From NCBI RefSeq assembly GCF_000315625.1, contig NW_005434617.1, positions 241,757 through 305,756 on the forward strand: 64,000 nucleotides of DNA, in the 5' to 3' direction. The position numbers were made by a program, and so were the translations under genes. Shown piece by piece: positions 49,004-62,299 of the stretch. This stretch comes from Guillardia theta CCMP2712 (taxonomy: Eukaryota; Protista; Cryptophyta). How positions within the stretch are numbered: the first letter of the stretch is position 1; every line of letters starts with the position of its first letter. Below the pieces are notes generated by a model. It worked only from the letters and a program-made list of their open reading frames with translations, had not been told where the DNA came from and searched no databases.

Positions 49004-51300
49004 ATGCAGGAGGAGGAGGGAGAGAGAGGAGAGGAAGCAGAGAAAGCGCGAACCTACATCATGAACATTGTGGACGATTTTCTCACTTGGGGGGGAGGTA
49101 CTGCCCTGACCCACCAGCTTCTAACTGACTCGATCATGATGAAAGACTTGCTGTTCAAGTTCCGTCCAGACTTCCCCTTCGAACGTCCCACAAGGTCAGC
49201 ACGCGTCCCGTCGTTGCACTCATGACAGCGATCTCCCAGCTCTATCCCAGCCTCTTGGTACATCAGCCCCAAGCAGACTTTCGGGGAACTGGTTGTGTGG
49301 AATCTCTTCTTCTGGACGCTGACTTACGTGATCTTCATGGTGAGTTGACAAGCCTCGCCATGCTCGTCTCACGCGCATTGGCTGCAGAGATGCGACTTTA
49401 GGAGGAGGCTCGGCCTTCCGAAACATGGCGTGAGGAAAGTGACGTATGGAGACGTGTTCTTGGGGTGAGGAGCGAGGGAGAGTGACCGGAGGGAGGGGGG
49501 AGGAAAGGAAAGCAAGTGGAAGAGTGTGTGGGAGGGAGGGAGGGGGGAGGGAGCAGAGGGGAGGAGGGAGGGGGGAGGGAGGGGGAGTATGCGCAGATGG
49601 TTCACCAGGTACTTTCAGGACACAGGTATTGGCGAGCTTGCTGTGGGTACTCTACTATAAGTACCTCACCAACACGGTCGTCTACATCCTCCAGCCCTGC
49701 CACCTCGTCTCCATGTGAGATGGGACCGGTCCTGCTTCCTTGCCGCTGCTGATGACTGGAGGTAGCATGCTAGTCTATCTCTTCTGGTGCAGGGACATCG
49801 CGCACGGTGTGAAGAGGGAGAAGACTGAAGTCAGCGCCTGACATCCTCCTTCTCCTCCTCTCCTCCTCCTCCTCTCCTCCTCTCCTCCTCCTCCTCTCCT
49901 CCTCTCCTCCTCTTTCCTCCTCCTCTTCTCCTCCTCCTCGCAGGCTCGCTAATCTTCTCCATGTTCACGCACATGAATGTTGGGACGCTCCTCGCCCTCG
50001 GTGTGTTCAGCTCCTTCTGTCNNNNNNNNNNNNNNNNNNNNNNNNNNNNNNNNNNNNNNNNNNNNNNNNNNNNNNNNNNNNNNNNNNNNNNNNNNNNNNN
50101 NNNNNNNNNNNNNNNNNNNNNATTCAATTTCTTCGTCCTCCACGTCCTCCTTGCTGTTGCTCCTCTGCACTTCGAGTGGCAGGAGGTGCTGCCTCCCTCC
50201 TCTTATCTCTCTCTCTCCTCCTCCTCTCTTCCCTCCTCCTTCCTCGCCCGGCTTCTGACTCATTTTCTCCCCGCTTCCCCTCCCTGCTCTCCCTTCCCCC
50301 TCCTCTACCTGCTCTTGTTCTCCTCCTTTCTCGTCCTGTTCCACTTGCTGGCTGAATGGCTCCTTGCAGTCGTTCCCCTTCAAGAAGGGACTGTTTGCTG
50401 TCACGGTGAGAAGCGAGTCGAGAGAAGAGAGGAGGAAGCAAGCGGAGAGAGGAAGGAGGGGCGAGCAGTGAGTTTGAGGGGGGGAGGAGGGGGGGAGACA
50501 AGGGAAAATTACTTATGACAATGGGAGGAAATGATGGAGCAGGAGCAGAGAGAGGTGAAGGAGACGGAAATTCAAAGAAGGGGCAGCAGCAGCAGCAGAG
50601 GCAGCAAAGGCGGCGGCAGCGGCAGCGGCAGCGGCAGCAGCAGCAGCAGCAGCAGAGGCAGCAGTAGCAGTAGCAGCAGCAGCAGCAGCAGCAATGTTTT
50701 CGTTTTCATCCTCACGAGGGAGTAGATGGGTTTTGCTCTCCTCGGCATCTTGCACTGGACCATCCTCCTTCCAGGTGACAATAGTCTCCTCCTGCCCACC
50801 ACCGCCCTCCCCCCATTCCCTCCTCCTCCTCCTCCTTCTCCTCCTCCTCCTCTGCCTATTCGTCCACATTCGTGACGAATGAGGCTCAGTGTCCATCCTC
50901 GTCGGCAACAACATCAACTACATGATGAGTCCTCCCAAGGGGCCCCTGCTCTGGTTTGGTAAGGAGGGCGAGGAGGACGAGAGGGAAAGTTTTCTCATGT
51001 GTCGAGCAGGCGATCACTACAGATCAATCCAAACGTTCGGAACCTACCTCCTCCTCCTCCTTCCCGGTGAGACGTTTTACATCAGCCCCCACCATCTTCG
51101 TCATTTGTATCCTCCTCGTCTCCTCCGCTCACTCCAGCTCAGGGCTGCTGTTCCCTGCCATGGTGGACTTGGCAAAGAGGATGTCGGGGAAGGTGAGGGA
51201 GAGGGTGGGAGTTGGGGAGGGTGATGTTTGCCCAGTGGAGAAGACAGAAGTCAGCGTGAGAGAGGATGGGAAGAAAGACGGAAAGCACAAGATGAAGTAT
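49004..51300 (+). CDS. TMEM164: TMEM164-family multi-pass membrane protein (multi-exon, spans gap 50022-50121)
   Basis: YYKYLTNTVVYILQPCHLVS, HMNVGTLLAL, FFVLHVLLAVAP and GNNINYMMSPP...GDHYRSI parallel TMEM164 motifs YK..T..VIYLLNPCH, NGALLA, QH.LL..P and NLNNMLCP...GPWYRI. Confidence 0.7.
50022..50121. other. Assembly gap (100 N)
   Basis: Run of N. Confidence 1.
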
Positions 51301-51546
51301 GTGAAGCAACCCAAGGACTCTCCTCCTCCTCCTCCTCCTCCTCCTCCTCCTCCTCCTCCTCCTCCTCCTCCTCCTCACTCACTCACTCACTCACTCACTC
51401 AATCACTCACTCACTCACTCACTCACTCAATCACTCACTCACTCACTCAATCACTCACTCACTCACTTCTCGTCCCAACATGCATCTTCTCCCTCTTCAT
51501 CTTCGTCATATCAAGGGAAGGTCGTGTTTCATTCCATAACATCCTG

Positions 51547-52262
51547 TCATGTCAACTTCTGTGCCAACTTCGCCTCCAACGTGCTCTTGGGCACTGCTCC
51601 GATGATTGTATCCAGCTTCTCTCCATCCTTGAACAGCATCAGCGTTGGGATACTTCTGATCCCATACTCCGTTGCCGTCTCCTGGTTCTCGTCCGTGTTG
51701 ATCTGAACCAACTTCAGCTTCCCCTTGTAGTCTGCCGCGATCTCGTCCAGGACGGGCTTGATCATCCGGCACGGCCCGCACCATGGCGCCCAGAAGGAGA
51801 CCAGGGTCGGCACTGCGGATTCCCAGTGAGACACAGCAGCTGGGGTAGCAGGAGGAGGAGAAGACGGGGAGAGGGGGTGGAGCAAGGCTGAGGGGTTGAA
51901 GGGAAAGGAGAGGGGTAGAAGGGAAGCGACTTGGAGGCGAGACGTCGTGGAAGGAATGCGGAGGTCGAGGACGTGAACGAGGAGGGGTGGGAGCGAGAGA
52001 GAGGGAGGGAGAGGTAAGGGGTAGAGGGAGGGGGGGTGGTACCTTCAGAGTCAAGCACGAGGTCCTTGAATGAAGCGTCTGTCGCGTCCGTGCATGACAT
52101 GCGAAGGGAGAAGGGAGCCGTCCTGACCGTCTCCTGCTGCGATCTGCACACTTGCTGCGTCGCATGCGGCACTTGAAACGGGGCGCGAAAACTCGTACGG
52201 AAGGCGGTGGACTGATTTAGAGTTAACGCTAGCACTGCTAGCAGGAGGCTGAGACGCAGCAT
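51547..52262 (-). CDS. trxM: Plastid-targeted thioredoxin (m-type); intron 51813-52042
   Basis: Signal peptide [20 protein letters not shown]|F plus transit peptide; [32 protein letters not shown]...INTDEN...YGIRSIPT...IGAVPKSTL. Confidence 0.9.
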
Positions 52263-53059
52263 CTGCAACCTGGTGAGCAAGAGATGAGAGGAGGAGAGAG
52301 TCTGGTGCTGGTTTCGATTGCTACATGCTCTCTACAGGCATTGGCTCTCCAGAGTCAAGTGCCCAACCAGAAGCCACGTTAAGTTCTTAGTTGCTGACCA
52401 AGGTTTCTCGTCTAGTCTCCTCTTCAAGTATTTTCTCGTCTCTGATCTCATGGCTTTCATTCTCAGTCCACGTTTTCCTGAATGCTTCAACCCATCTCGT
52501 GCATTCTCGGCATCTGCGCTTATTGTCCACCTGCGCACTCATCGCCTTCTCCCTCTTCGCACACTTCGTTTCCTCAACCTGACCCTCCCTCATCTAATCC
52601 CGGCACTCGTCCTTGTCCTCTCCTCCCGATCGTCCTGCTCCTCCTGTCACTCATCCTCTCGTCGTCTTCAAGTAATCATCATTACTCTCCTCCTCCTCCT
52701 CCTCCGCCTCCTCCTCCTCCTCCTCCTCCTCCTCCTCCTCCTCCTCCTCCTGCGTGGGCTTCTCGATTCATTACATCATCTTCCACCCCATTCGCTTACC
52801 CCACCCCACCTTGGTGCCATCACAACTTTCATAACCCTATCATTCACATACCGGACCCCTTCTCAGACTACCTCCACCCACTAAGTTTGAATAATACCCC
52901 TCAGAATTACTCATATTTCCCTGCCATTACCCATACATATTGATGATTCCCCGCAATATGACCCTGCCTGTCAAGTAGTGACCCCCCATACTTCAAAAGT
53001 ACCCCTGCTTTCAGCGAAATAACCCCCATTCCCAGATTCCTTACAGCCTAGCCTCGATA

Positions 53060-53740
53060 GTTGAGTGGGGATGAGGCTTCCACGGAAGCCTCCGGACCGT
53101 TCAACACGGTTGTGAAACCGGGCCGGGCCGAGTACGGTAGTACGGCGGTCGGTGACCGTGGCACTCAGTCAGTTGGGCCGGGCCCGGGGGCCGGTCACGC
53201 CGTCGGCCGGTCCGGGCTCAGTCACCCCGGCGTCCGGCGGTGCGTGCGGGGCCCGGCCCAGACGGCCGCATCATCCGGCGGATTCGATTGATCCAATTGC
53301 AGCGAAAGGTGACTCTGTGACCGTTCGAGTCGCGGCACAGCCTGGGCTTGCCAACTGAAAGTTGTGAGCCCGCCGTCAGGGCCCTGCCCGGGCTGGCGAC
53401 CGTACCGTGGCACGGACCGTCCGAGGCACTCGGAGTGCCAGTGGCACCGGGCCGCCGCCTCAGGGCCTCGCGGCGCCGCACTGTGCGATACTATGATAGG
53501 CACTGTCACAGTGACGCCCCGGCGCCGCTGAGAGAACTCAGGCTGCATCACTGTCATGTACTCAGGCTAGGGGGCGCGGCTGTCACCGTGTGTACTACCT
53601 GTGACAGTTGTAAAGTCGATGTCTGAGTCTCCGACGCGCCGGGATCGGATCGAATGATACTACTGATCGGAGCCTCGGAGCCCGGCGGCCGGGCCGCAAG
53701 TCAGTAGCCTGGAGTCCGGCGGCGCCCGGCTACTGATAGT
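53060..53740. promoter_or_regulatory. GC-rich island between divergent gene starts
   Basis: GGGCCCGG, GTACGG and ACTCAG words; lies between the thioredoxin start (-) and the 53828 gene start (+). Confidence 0.5.
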
Positions 53741-53827
53741 ACTCAAAACGGTTTCTTGACGGTTACATTTCATAGGAGGTCTTAGAAGGATATACGGGCG
53801 TATGACCTGATACAAGACGAAGAGCCA

Positions 53828-55002
53828 TGCAGTTTGCTAGCCCAACAGCGGCAAAGCTGGCGGCGTGTGCGGGGGTTCCGATCCTCCTCCTCCTCCTCCT
53901 CCTCCTCGACCGTACTCCCTCCCCCAGTCTCCTCCTTGCGAGGTCGCATGCTTCACTTCGCTCTCCCTTCATGGCGAGACGGGCGGTCGGTGGTGCTAGG
54001 ATGCAGTCGCTTCTGCTTCCATGGTACGAGACCGTGTCGGTGGGAGATGGCACAGGGCCGGAGAGCACGAGCTACTGGAAGGTCCCACCGCAGACCTCAC
54101 TTCGAGGAGGGTTCCCGGCTCCCCCCAACAACTTCCAGGTGAGCTGAGTAGCGGTGCGAGGGCAGCAGTCCGTCTGACCCCTGGCAGGATCCCACCATCT
54201 GGAATGCCGACAGCGTGTTGAACGGTGGGAACAAGGAATGGTCAGAGGAGGATGCAGCTCTGCATGCCTACAACATGGTAAGAAGATTCGCGGCTGATCC
54301 GCTCGTTGCCCCCTGATGGCGTCATGCAGCAACGGTGGAGGAACAAGATCCTGGACGAGCAGGTCGAGAAGCAGGAGAATATGTGGAACCTCATGAACCG
54401 AGCGGACTTTTGCGACAGATACTGTGGGGGGGACAGAGGTAGAGGCTGCTGCAGATGCTGCTTGCTTGTCGCCCGCTCACCTGCTCTTGTAGACTGGGGT
54501 AACATGTGCTATCGCTGCCACGGATGGAACGAACTCAGGTCCGACCACCGGACTGCCACGTTGAACCATGCGGAGAAGGTGAGGAGTCGGAGGGGGCAGC
54601 GATTGATGATGATAACGTGGCTTGTGATGAACCGATGAGGATGTAGAGGTTGGGATGAACATGATGAAGGTGTGAAAGCAGTTGTCTGAAATTGAGATGA
54701 TACAAAAATCGATCCGATAGACAGACAGACAGACAGACAGGATGAGGAGGAGTCAACGATTGCTCTAGTACTGATGTAAGTATCTTCAGCAGGGTGCCAA
54801 GGGTGACAAGGGGAGCGACAAGCAGAGCAGCAAGAGCAAGAGCAAGGAGGAGCTTGCCAAGAACCTCAGGAAGCTCGCGGACGATGCCATCAAGGCCCTG
54901 GCCGACCTCGACGCTCCTCGCACGGAGGCTGGGAAGGAGCTGGAGGAGAAGACGGCGGACAAGATGCAGAAGATCCTCCAGTCGATCAAGAAGGAGAGCT
55001 AA
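53828..55002 (+). CDS. Lineage-specific signal-anchored or secreted protein (multi-exon) with a charged helical tail
   Basis: N-terminal hydrophobic stretch; exons splice plausibly (…PPNNFQ/DPTIWNADSVLNGGNKEWSEEDAALHAYNM/…WGNMCYRCHGWNELRSDH…/…KMQKILQSIKKES*). Confidence 0.55.
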
Positions 55003-55120
55003 GGGAGGGCACTAGGGAGCCATGGGTACTGAAACATCTTGTTTGAGTCGTTTTCTTTTGCTGTGTGTATTCTTACATTACATAATTTACATCTTTGGAG
55101 CTGCTGCTTCGCTGTTGCTG

Positions 55121-58100
55121 CTACTCTGTGCGAGGACGCTTCTCTCCCCTCTCCTCCTTTCCCTCCTCTTCTCGCTCCCTTCCCTTGCCAGACGAGCCTT
55201 CATCGCACTGCTTCGTACCTTCCTCGCCAGTCGCTGTACTGCATGCAGCACACGCGTCTCTTCTTCCTTCCTGTCCCTTCGCTCCCCTCGTCTCCTCAGA
55301 AGCTGCTTCAACCATTTTCTCATCCTCCTCTTCCTCCTTCCTTCGCAACTTCTTTTCAGTCTGCCCTCCATCCTCCTGCTCGTGCGCTGCTTGCTCAATT
55401 TCCTCCTGCTCTGTTGCGTCCACTTTGGCTGCCATGTTCGTGTCCAGGCTCGTCCCTGTTGTGCTGGGCTCTTGTCGCTCGTCCATGGCCTCCTTCTCCT
55501 CTACCTCCTTCGTCCTCACCGTCTTCTGCACTTCCTCACCCCGTTCATACTCGGCCGCACCTTCCGGGCGTGTCTCCACCATGGGATCTCTGGAAGTCGT
55601 GCAAGGATCGTGCCGGTCCTCTGGCAGAGAGTGCTGTGCTCCAGAGCTCGATGGCTCCTCCTCTTTCCCTTGTTTCTTCTCTTTCTCTTCAGCCCCGGCG
55701 CGCGGCATCGAAGCTCCCGGATCCCCAGCAGGCACTTGGCCAGATGAAGTGACTGCAGCAACGGGCACGTCATCCTCCATATCATTCTCCTTGGTAATCG
55801 TTAGAGCTTTCGCGTTCTCGTCCTTCGCCTTCTCCTCTTCCTCCTCCGTCTTGGGCTTGTCAAGAACTGCAGTTTTCGCGTCTTCAGTCTTCTCCGTTGC
55901 CTCCTGCTGCTCTCCTGGACCCTCAGCTGTCTTTCCTTCTTGCAAGTCCTTGAGGGTTGGCGACTCCTTCGCGCTCTCCTCCTCTCCCTCCTTCCGCATT
56001 CGCTCAGCCCCTTCCTTGGAGATTTCCGTACCATCCTTAGACTTGCACGCGCCAGTCTCATCGCTGGCGCCTTGAACTCTCCCGTCCTCCTCCATCGGAT
56101 TCGCCCGACTCTCTCCCCTGCAGTCATCCCCCGAAACTGTTCCTTGCTCCGAGGCGCTTGGAGGCGAGATGATCTCATCGATCCTTCCAGTGTGAGCAAC
56201 GGGCGGGACAGCAGGAGAGGCTGACGAGCTGCACCAGGCAGTCAAGAAGCAGGCGGCCTCGTTCCATCCACTACCTGACTCCCTCCTGCATCAGCAGCTC
56301 CACGCGCCCCCCCTCGAGGTCCGACGAGGACGATTCCTGCATGTCTGTCAAACTTCACAGCCTGATCATCAAGGCACATCTTTCTCTTCTCCTCCTCTCC
56401 CATCCCTCTATCGTTTCAGCTCTCACTATCGTCCTTCATAGACCCGCATCGAAGGACCCCACGCACATCAACTCAAACTTCACACGTCTTACCTTGACAA
56501 CGCTGTCGGTCCCCTTCACCAGCCATGCTGCGTGTTCCCTGCCATTTCCTATGGCTTGTTTGACTCCTCCCTCAACTGAGAACATCTGCCCAGCGGACAC
56601 ACTCTCCTCTCCCATCTGCACAGGCTGGGGACCGTCGGAGCTCTCGGCGAGCTCAACGGGAGGGAGGAGGGGAGCTACTCTTAGGGATGCCACAGCAACC
56701 TCGTCCATCCCCTTCACAGCTTCTCTAAGCATCGGTTGACCAAACACCCTCCATCTCACCTGCGATTCATTCTCCAGCTCCATCCCCTGCAGCTCCCCCA
56801 GCTGGCCGTTGACAGGCGTGCCCCTCATCTTCAGCTTCTCGATTAGGACAGCTCGCTTCTCCGGCTTGCCGTCCTCTGCCAGCCAACTTTCATCTCCTTT
56901 CCTCCCAGTCCTCGTCCCTACCTGCCCGGCCGTTTGCGCCGTCAGCACCTTCGCCCTCCGCAATCTTGAAGGTGCAGACGTGCCCTTTCTTGATCTGACC
57001 GCACCTCCCGCACCTGTACGCATTCCTGTCGCCCCAGTTCAGCACAGCAGCTTTGACAATTGACGCATTCTGCCTGTTTGCAGCAGCCCGAGACTCCTCG
57101 TCCGAGCTCGGCGTCCAGGTGTTACGCGCAAGCAGCGGGTCATCCACAAGAAGACCCTCCAGCTGAGACCGAGGGAGTTGACTCGAGGCCTGAGCTGCCA
57201 ACTCTCCGAGGCAACCAGAGCTCCTGACAAAGTTGGTTGGCATCGCTTGGCTGGAAGCTGCAGGTCATGACAGGATGCGTCAGAGGAGGGCGGACCTTGA
57301 CGACGATGCTTGGTAGGCCTGCAATGCTGAGCTGAGCTGATTCCCGTCGGTAAGACCCTGAGACTGCAACGAGCTCGTGTCTGTGGAGTTGCCCGTCGCT
57401 GCCTTGTCTTGGAAACTCTCGTCCTGACCACTCGTTATGCTCGGGGTAGGAACGCAGCTGGCGGCTCACAGAGATCTTGAAAGGCTGAGCTGGATTTGAC
57501 GGATTTTGGGAATGTGATTTGGAAGAATGCCATCTAAGGGGAGGTGAGAGAAGCAATACATAGAGATACGATGTCTTACTTCGGCGTGTCCGACGCAGAT
57601 TTGGACTTCTCCCCATCGTTGACATGTTTCTGAACAGAGTTGTCTTTCCCTTCACTGGAAACATTGCCTTCCTGTTTCGTGCCAGCATGAGGAATGATGG
57701 TATGGAGTGGAGTAATCAACACAATCTACCGCTGCAGCCTGATCGGCGTTCGGTTGTTTCCCTGACTTCCTCTTGTTCTTCCTGCGAGAACCAGCTCGTT
57801 ATACACAAACAACACCATCCATGTGAAAGCTTGCTCACCTGTTCGGAGCCCCTTGCGCTTGTTGCTGATGATTGTTGGGATGACCAACAGGTCCAGCTAC
57901 GAAACGGAACAATGAGGAGACAGCCGCATGGACATGTTCAAGGTATCACCTCCAGCATTGTTTGGATTGTTTGCAGGAGCTGTGTATGCTCTTGAGGAGA
58001 TACCAACCGTCAGGCTCACAACAGGACTGAGACTCGAACATACTTGAGGCTCACTCCGAAGAGCTGAGCGCGCTTCATCGGCTCTAGCTGCATGTACGGA

Positions 58101-58330
58101 GGGAAGTCATCCTTCGAGACTATATCAGTAACGCCGTTGCTTTCCTTCTGCTTGTGCTCTCTGAAACACCCATCAGCACGTGTGCAGGTGTGAAAATCCG
58201 TCACCTCAGGAAGCGAAGGTCAGAATGGATCTCCCGATATCGGATCTCTATGTGCTCCTGTGCGAACGTTGTACGGAACCATGGCTTGTACCTGATGAAA
58301 GAACGCAACAGCAGTCAAATATGTGCAAGA
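55121..58330 (-). CDS. Large multi-exon protein with a CxxC-x5-HxC zinc motif and long acidic disordered tail; extent uncertain
   Basis: YRCGRCGQIKKGHVC at ~56974-57018; 374-aa Glu/Lys-rich ORF at 55121-56245. Confidence 0.5.
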
Positions 58331-59989
58331 GCAGTCTGAAGAAGACGATTCGTTACCCTCTGATGCCAATCAGTCTCTTGCGCAACGACAAGTTTGCATG
58401 CTCGTCTCGTTCGGAGGCCAACGCTTCCTCAACTTCCCTCTCGTCCATGAGTAAACTGGCGCCAACACGAACATCAGCCAACGGTCATGGCAGGAAGATG
58501 GCCTTGCACGAGAGCGGGTCTAGAGTTACAAGTTGCTCACCTTAGCGCCTCGTCAGTCTCTTTGCGCATTTTGCTCGTCGAAACGGGGGAATCTGAGTAG
58601 GAAGCGCGACCTCTCAGCTGTAAATGAATCTGTATACCAGAGGCTGTCAGTCTCAAACCTCGCCAGGGATCAGAGGCGTACCGAGTCCGGCTCCACCCTT
58701 TCCGATACATGACAGAACCAACGATCTCGCGACCCATCCCAGTACATCTTTGAGAACCCTTTCCCCGGCATCGTCGTGCTATCTTCATCGTCGACTCCTC
58801 GCAGCTTGCAAGTGGTATCTTGGGGGTTGGAGTACAGCCACGGCATGTTTGGACGAGAGACTTTTCAAGACTCAGGCTACAATCAGCATCCTATCGCAAT
58901 CGCGCATCCCTGGCTCTCGAGTATTTGCACGATCGAGCGAGAACTTGCCACGTGATTTTGGGAGGGGCTGCGATGAGGAAGACACCGCACAGCACGCCAG
59001 ACCACCGAAGCTCAGAGGGATGGAAGCGATCCAACCATTGCCATCGAAACCTGATGCGCCTGTCACAACGAAACAACTTTTCAACCGCAGCGTGGAGTTC
59101 GTTCAAGATTTCCTTCGGGTGCCGTCCACTCTCACGCGCAGGCACCGATATCTTGCTCCTTCCCTCATCCATGTGCACTCAGTGAAGATTCTTTTCGCTT
59201 CTTTGACTGTGCCTAGACTCGCTGCTTCCGATTTCTGTTGTGCTGCTCTTCCCTTGCCTCCGTCATTCCACACTTCCAATCAACTCAGCTGAAGCTCCAC
59301 TCTGGTCTCCAAACCCTCAATCCTCTACCGTGATATATTTCCTTCATCTCTCATCAATCAAACAATCCTCTCTCTTCTATCTATCTATCTCTCTCTCTCT
59401 CTCTCTGCGTCATTACATCGTTCTCTCCTCTCCCTTCTCTCCCTCCCTCGTTCCCTCTCCCTCCCTCCCTCGTTGGCTCCATCTCCTCTCCCTTCTCTCC
59501 TCTATGTTCCTTATCAAATCTCTTTTCTCTACGGCATCTTCTCTAACAACACCATTTCTCCCAATCCCTCCTCTCTGCCTCCCCTCCGCTCCCGTCCCCC
59601 TCTCTCCTCTCTCTCCCTCTCCCCGTCTCCCTCCCCCTCTCTCCTCTCTCTTAACCTCTCCTCTTCGCTCTCTTGCCCTCTTTCTCTCCGTTCTCCCTTG
59701 CCCCTCCCCTCCCCGCGCCCGCCTGGCTGCACTGCATCCTCGCAGTCTCCCACTACCCACCCTCTCCCTTAACCACCCTGCCTCCATCCATTTTCACCCC
59801 TACCCTCCATCACCCAGGACTGATGCAATATAATCTCTATCAAAAAGGAAACGAAACCCTAGTACCCACCCCCATAAAAATTAATTCCCCTGACCCCCTA
59901 CCCCATTTTCTCAATACCATAGGACATCTATAGATCTTACTAGGACCTAAACATGGCTCTCCTTGTCTGGCGGTTGAAAATTACGACGA

Positions 59990-60800
59990 AGAAATGTAAC
60001 CGACATTCTGGCCGCGCCGCCGCCGGCCGGCGCGCGGCGGGGCCCGGGCGGCAGTGCGGGCCGGGCCTGAAGCTGGCCGCCAAGTCGGGACCGTACGGCG
60101 GCGTTACCACCGGGCTGACTCCGAGCCTCAGTCACTGGCATCGGCCCTCAGTGATGCCGGGACCCGGAGTCCGGCGAGACTTGGCCCGTCCGCGGCAGGG
60201 TAACGCCGGCTGACGGTCGCCGTCACGGTCGTGCCACCGGGGTGACCCGTCACCCGCGCGGCCTCACGAGTCACTCGGCGCCGGAGTCAGCCTGGTGGCC
60301 CCGGCGGGAGTCTAGCAGGCTTAAGCCTTTACATGGCAAAGTGTAGTTTAATCCCGCCGGTGGCAATCGGCCCTGAGCCGCCGGGCCGGCCCGGGCCGGC
60401 CGGGCCGCCCCGCCCCGCGGGCCGGCGGCCCGCCGCGCACCGTCGGCCGCAGCGCCGAGCCTGGAGTCTGCCAGGCTCTGCTACGGACCGTGCGGTGCCA
60501 CCGTCGATGGCCGCGGCACAGTGCCGGGGGCCAGGCCGCAGAGCCTCCGCTACGGTGCCGGCCCCCGGCGGCCCGGAGCCTCCCGGCGCCGCGCCCAGCC
60601 GCGGCCCTCACTGCGGCCGGGCTGATCATCGGATCGCTCCGCCGGGCCGGCGCCGGGAGCGGGCAGGCCGCTGTTCCGAAGTACGGTCACGGGCCGACCG
60701 TACGGTCAGCCTCACCGAGTCACTGAGTCGGCCCCGGCGGGGACTCAGTTGAACTTCGGAGCCCGGCCCGGTGACTCAGTATCCGGGCCTCACACTGAGT
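59990..60800. promoter_or_regulatory. Large GC-rich island
   Basis: Very high GC; same word set (CCGTACGG, ACTCAGT, GAACTTCGG, GGGCCCGG). Confidence 0.5.
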
Positions 60801-61373
60801 GTCCTCATCAATCTGAGCGAACCTGCGCCTTGTCATCTCAGCGGCTACTCGCGCCTAACTTCGTTATGAAATCACTGACCAAGTAGGACGAAGAAGCCGC
60901 CGAGATCGTTCAGAAGCGCCTTGTAGTCCACAGCACTCAAAACTGACGTTCACACATGGTTACTTGCTAGCCTCGTAGGATAGGGCAGGCAAGTCAAACT
61001 CACCTAATGTGTTGTGATAGCATGACAGGAGAAGTGCTAGAGGTGCTATCGCAAACAACCAGGTCGCCTTTTCAAGCATGCGAGCGATCGTGCTTAGGTA
61101 CAGAAAGAAGACTGCAAAAGAAAGGTCAGATTAGAGGGATGAAGACTGATAAAGTCGGAGGACAACATAGAGGAGTTGGAGGAGGGAGTGGAAGAAAAGG
61201 TATGGCCCTGGGAGATGCAACACGCGGCTGCAGAGGAAGCACAGGAGGCACAGGAGGAAGAAAAACATCACGAGAAATCCTCAGAGCACTGGACATTTGA
61301 TCACCACAAGACGTTGCGATGACCCCTGGAACAACGTACAGGACAAGACCGGACGAGCAGTAGCATAGCGTTA

Positions 61374-61982
61374 TCACCACTGCCGGTCTGTCAGGCTGCA
61401 AGAGTAGAAAGTGGATAAGGGACCTGCTGCAAACAGAAACATTGACAGCCAAAACGTCCTGCTGCTCTCTGCCTGCGAGGTACGGCTGGCGCAAGGGACA
61501 TCCGCGATGGCCTCTGCTGCCTCCTCACTCGTGATGTTTCGCACATCCGTCGCCGTGTGGTTCATCTGCTCTGTCGGCGATGTTGTCCTCGCGCTCTCCC
61601 TGAGGATATCTCTCGGTGCCGTCGCTTCCTCGGGCCGTCGAGTAGCTGCATCGCCAAGCTCTTGCTGTAGAGATCCTCGTGCAGGGCCATGGTTTCCTTG
61701 CTCTTCCTTTTTCGTCCTCACCGTCGACATGGCTCTCGGGGGTTTCTTGCAACTGAAGTGCTCGTCGATGGTCAACTTGGAGGGGCGAAGAGGAGAAGGA
61801 AACAAGGCGCGTGCTGTCTTCTCATAATCGTCTCTTGCCCTCTCATCCTCTCCTGCATCGACATCCCTTGCTGGCGACGACTTGAGTGTCTTCCTTCGCC
61901 TCCCCTCTTCTGTCGAGACAATCTTCCGTTTGCGAAGATCGTGCACAACAACTGTCTCCGGTGTTGGATCACCCTCCGTCAT
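61374..61982 (-). CDS. Unknown basic/disordered protein with NLS-like clusters and a C-terminal hydrophobic segment
   Basis: 202-aa ORF; RKRK and RRRK; TFWLSMFLFAAGPLSTFY near the end. Confidence 0.45.
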   Translation of the reverse strand: MTEGDPTPETVVVHDLRKRKIVSTEEGRRRKTLKSSPARDVDAGEDERARDDYEKTARALFPSPLRPSKLTIDEHFSCKKPPRAMSTVRTKKEEQGNHGPARGSLQQELGDAATRRPEEATAPRDILRESARTTSPTEQMNHTATDVRNITSEEAAEAIADVPCASRTSQAESSRTFWLSMFLFAAGPLSTFYSCSLTDRQW

Positions 61983-62299
61983 CCTGCTAATGGCATCATT
62001 CTAGTGCTCAAACTACGAAAAGGCAATATTCAAGCATCCAAAAATGATGCGAAAATGATGCAAGGTATCGAATCATTTTCATCTTCTCCCTGCCCCCCTG
62101 GCCCTCGAAGCCATCTTTCTTCCTCCCTTCCTTCTGGACCTCATCCTTCCTTCTTACTCTCCCACTGTTATGTGTCTCAATCTTCACTCTTTCTCCTCGC
62201 CCTTTATCTTCTCCTCGCCAAGTTTATCCTCTCGTCTTCAGCCTGATACCTCCTTTTTCCTTTTTCCCGTCTGCTCCCGCCGCTACCCTGCCTTCAGTG

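Noticed and set aside
53061-60752. Pro/Arg/Gly-rich ORFs inside GC islands
   Set aside because: Stop-codon depletion from high GC; no protein-like features.
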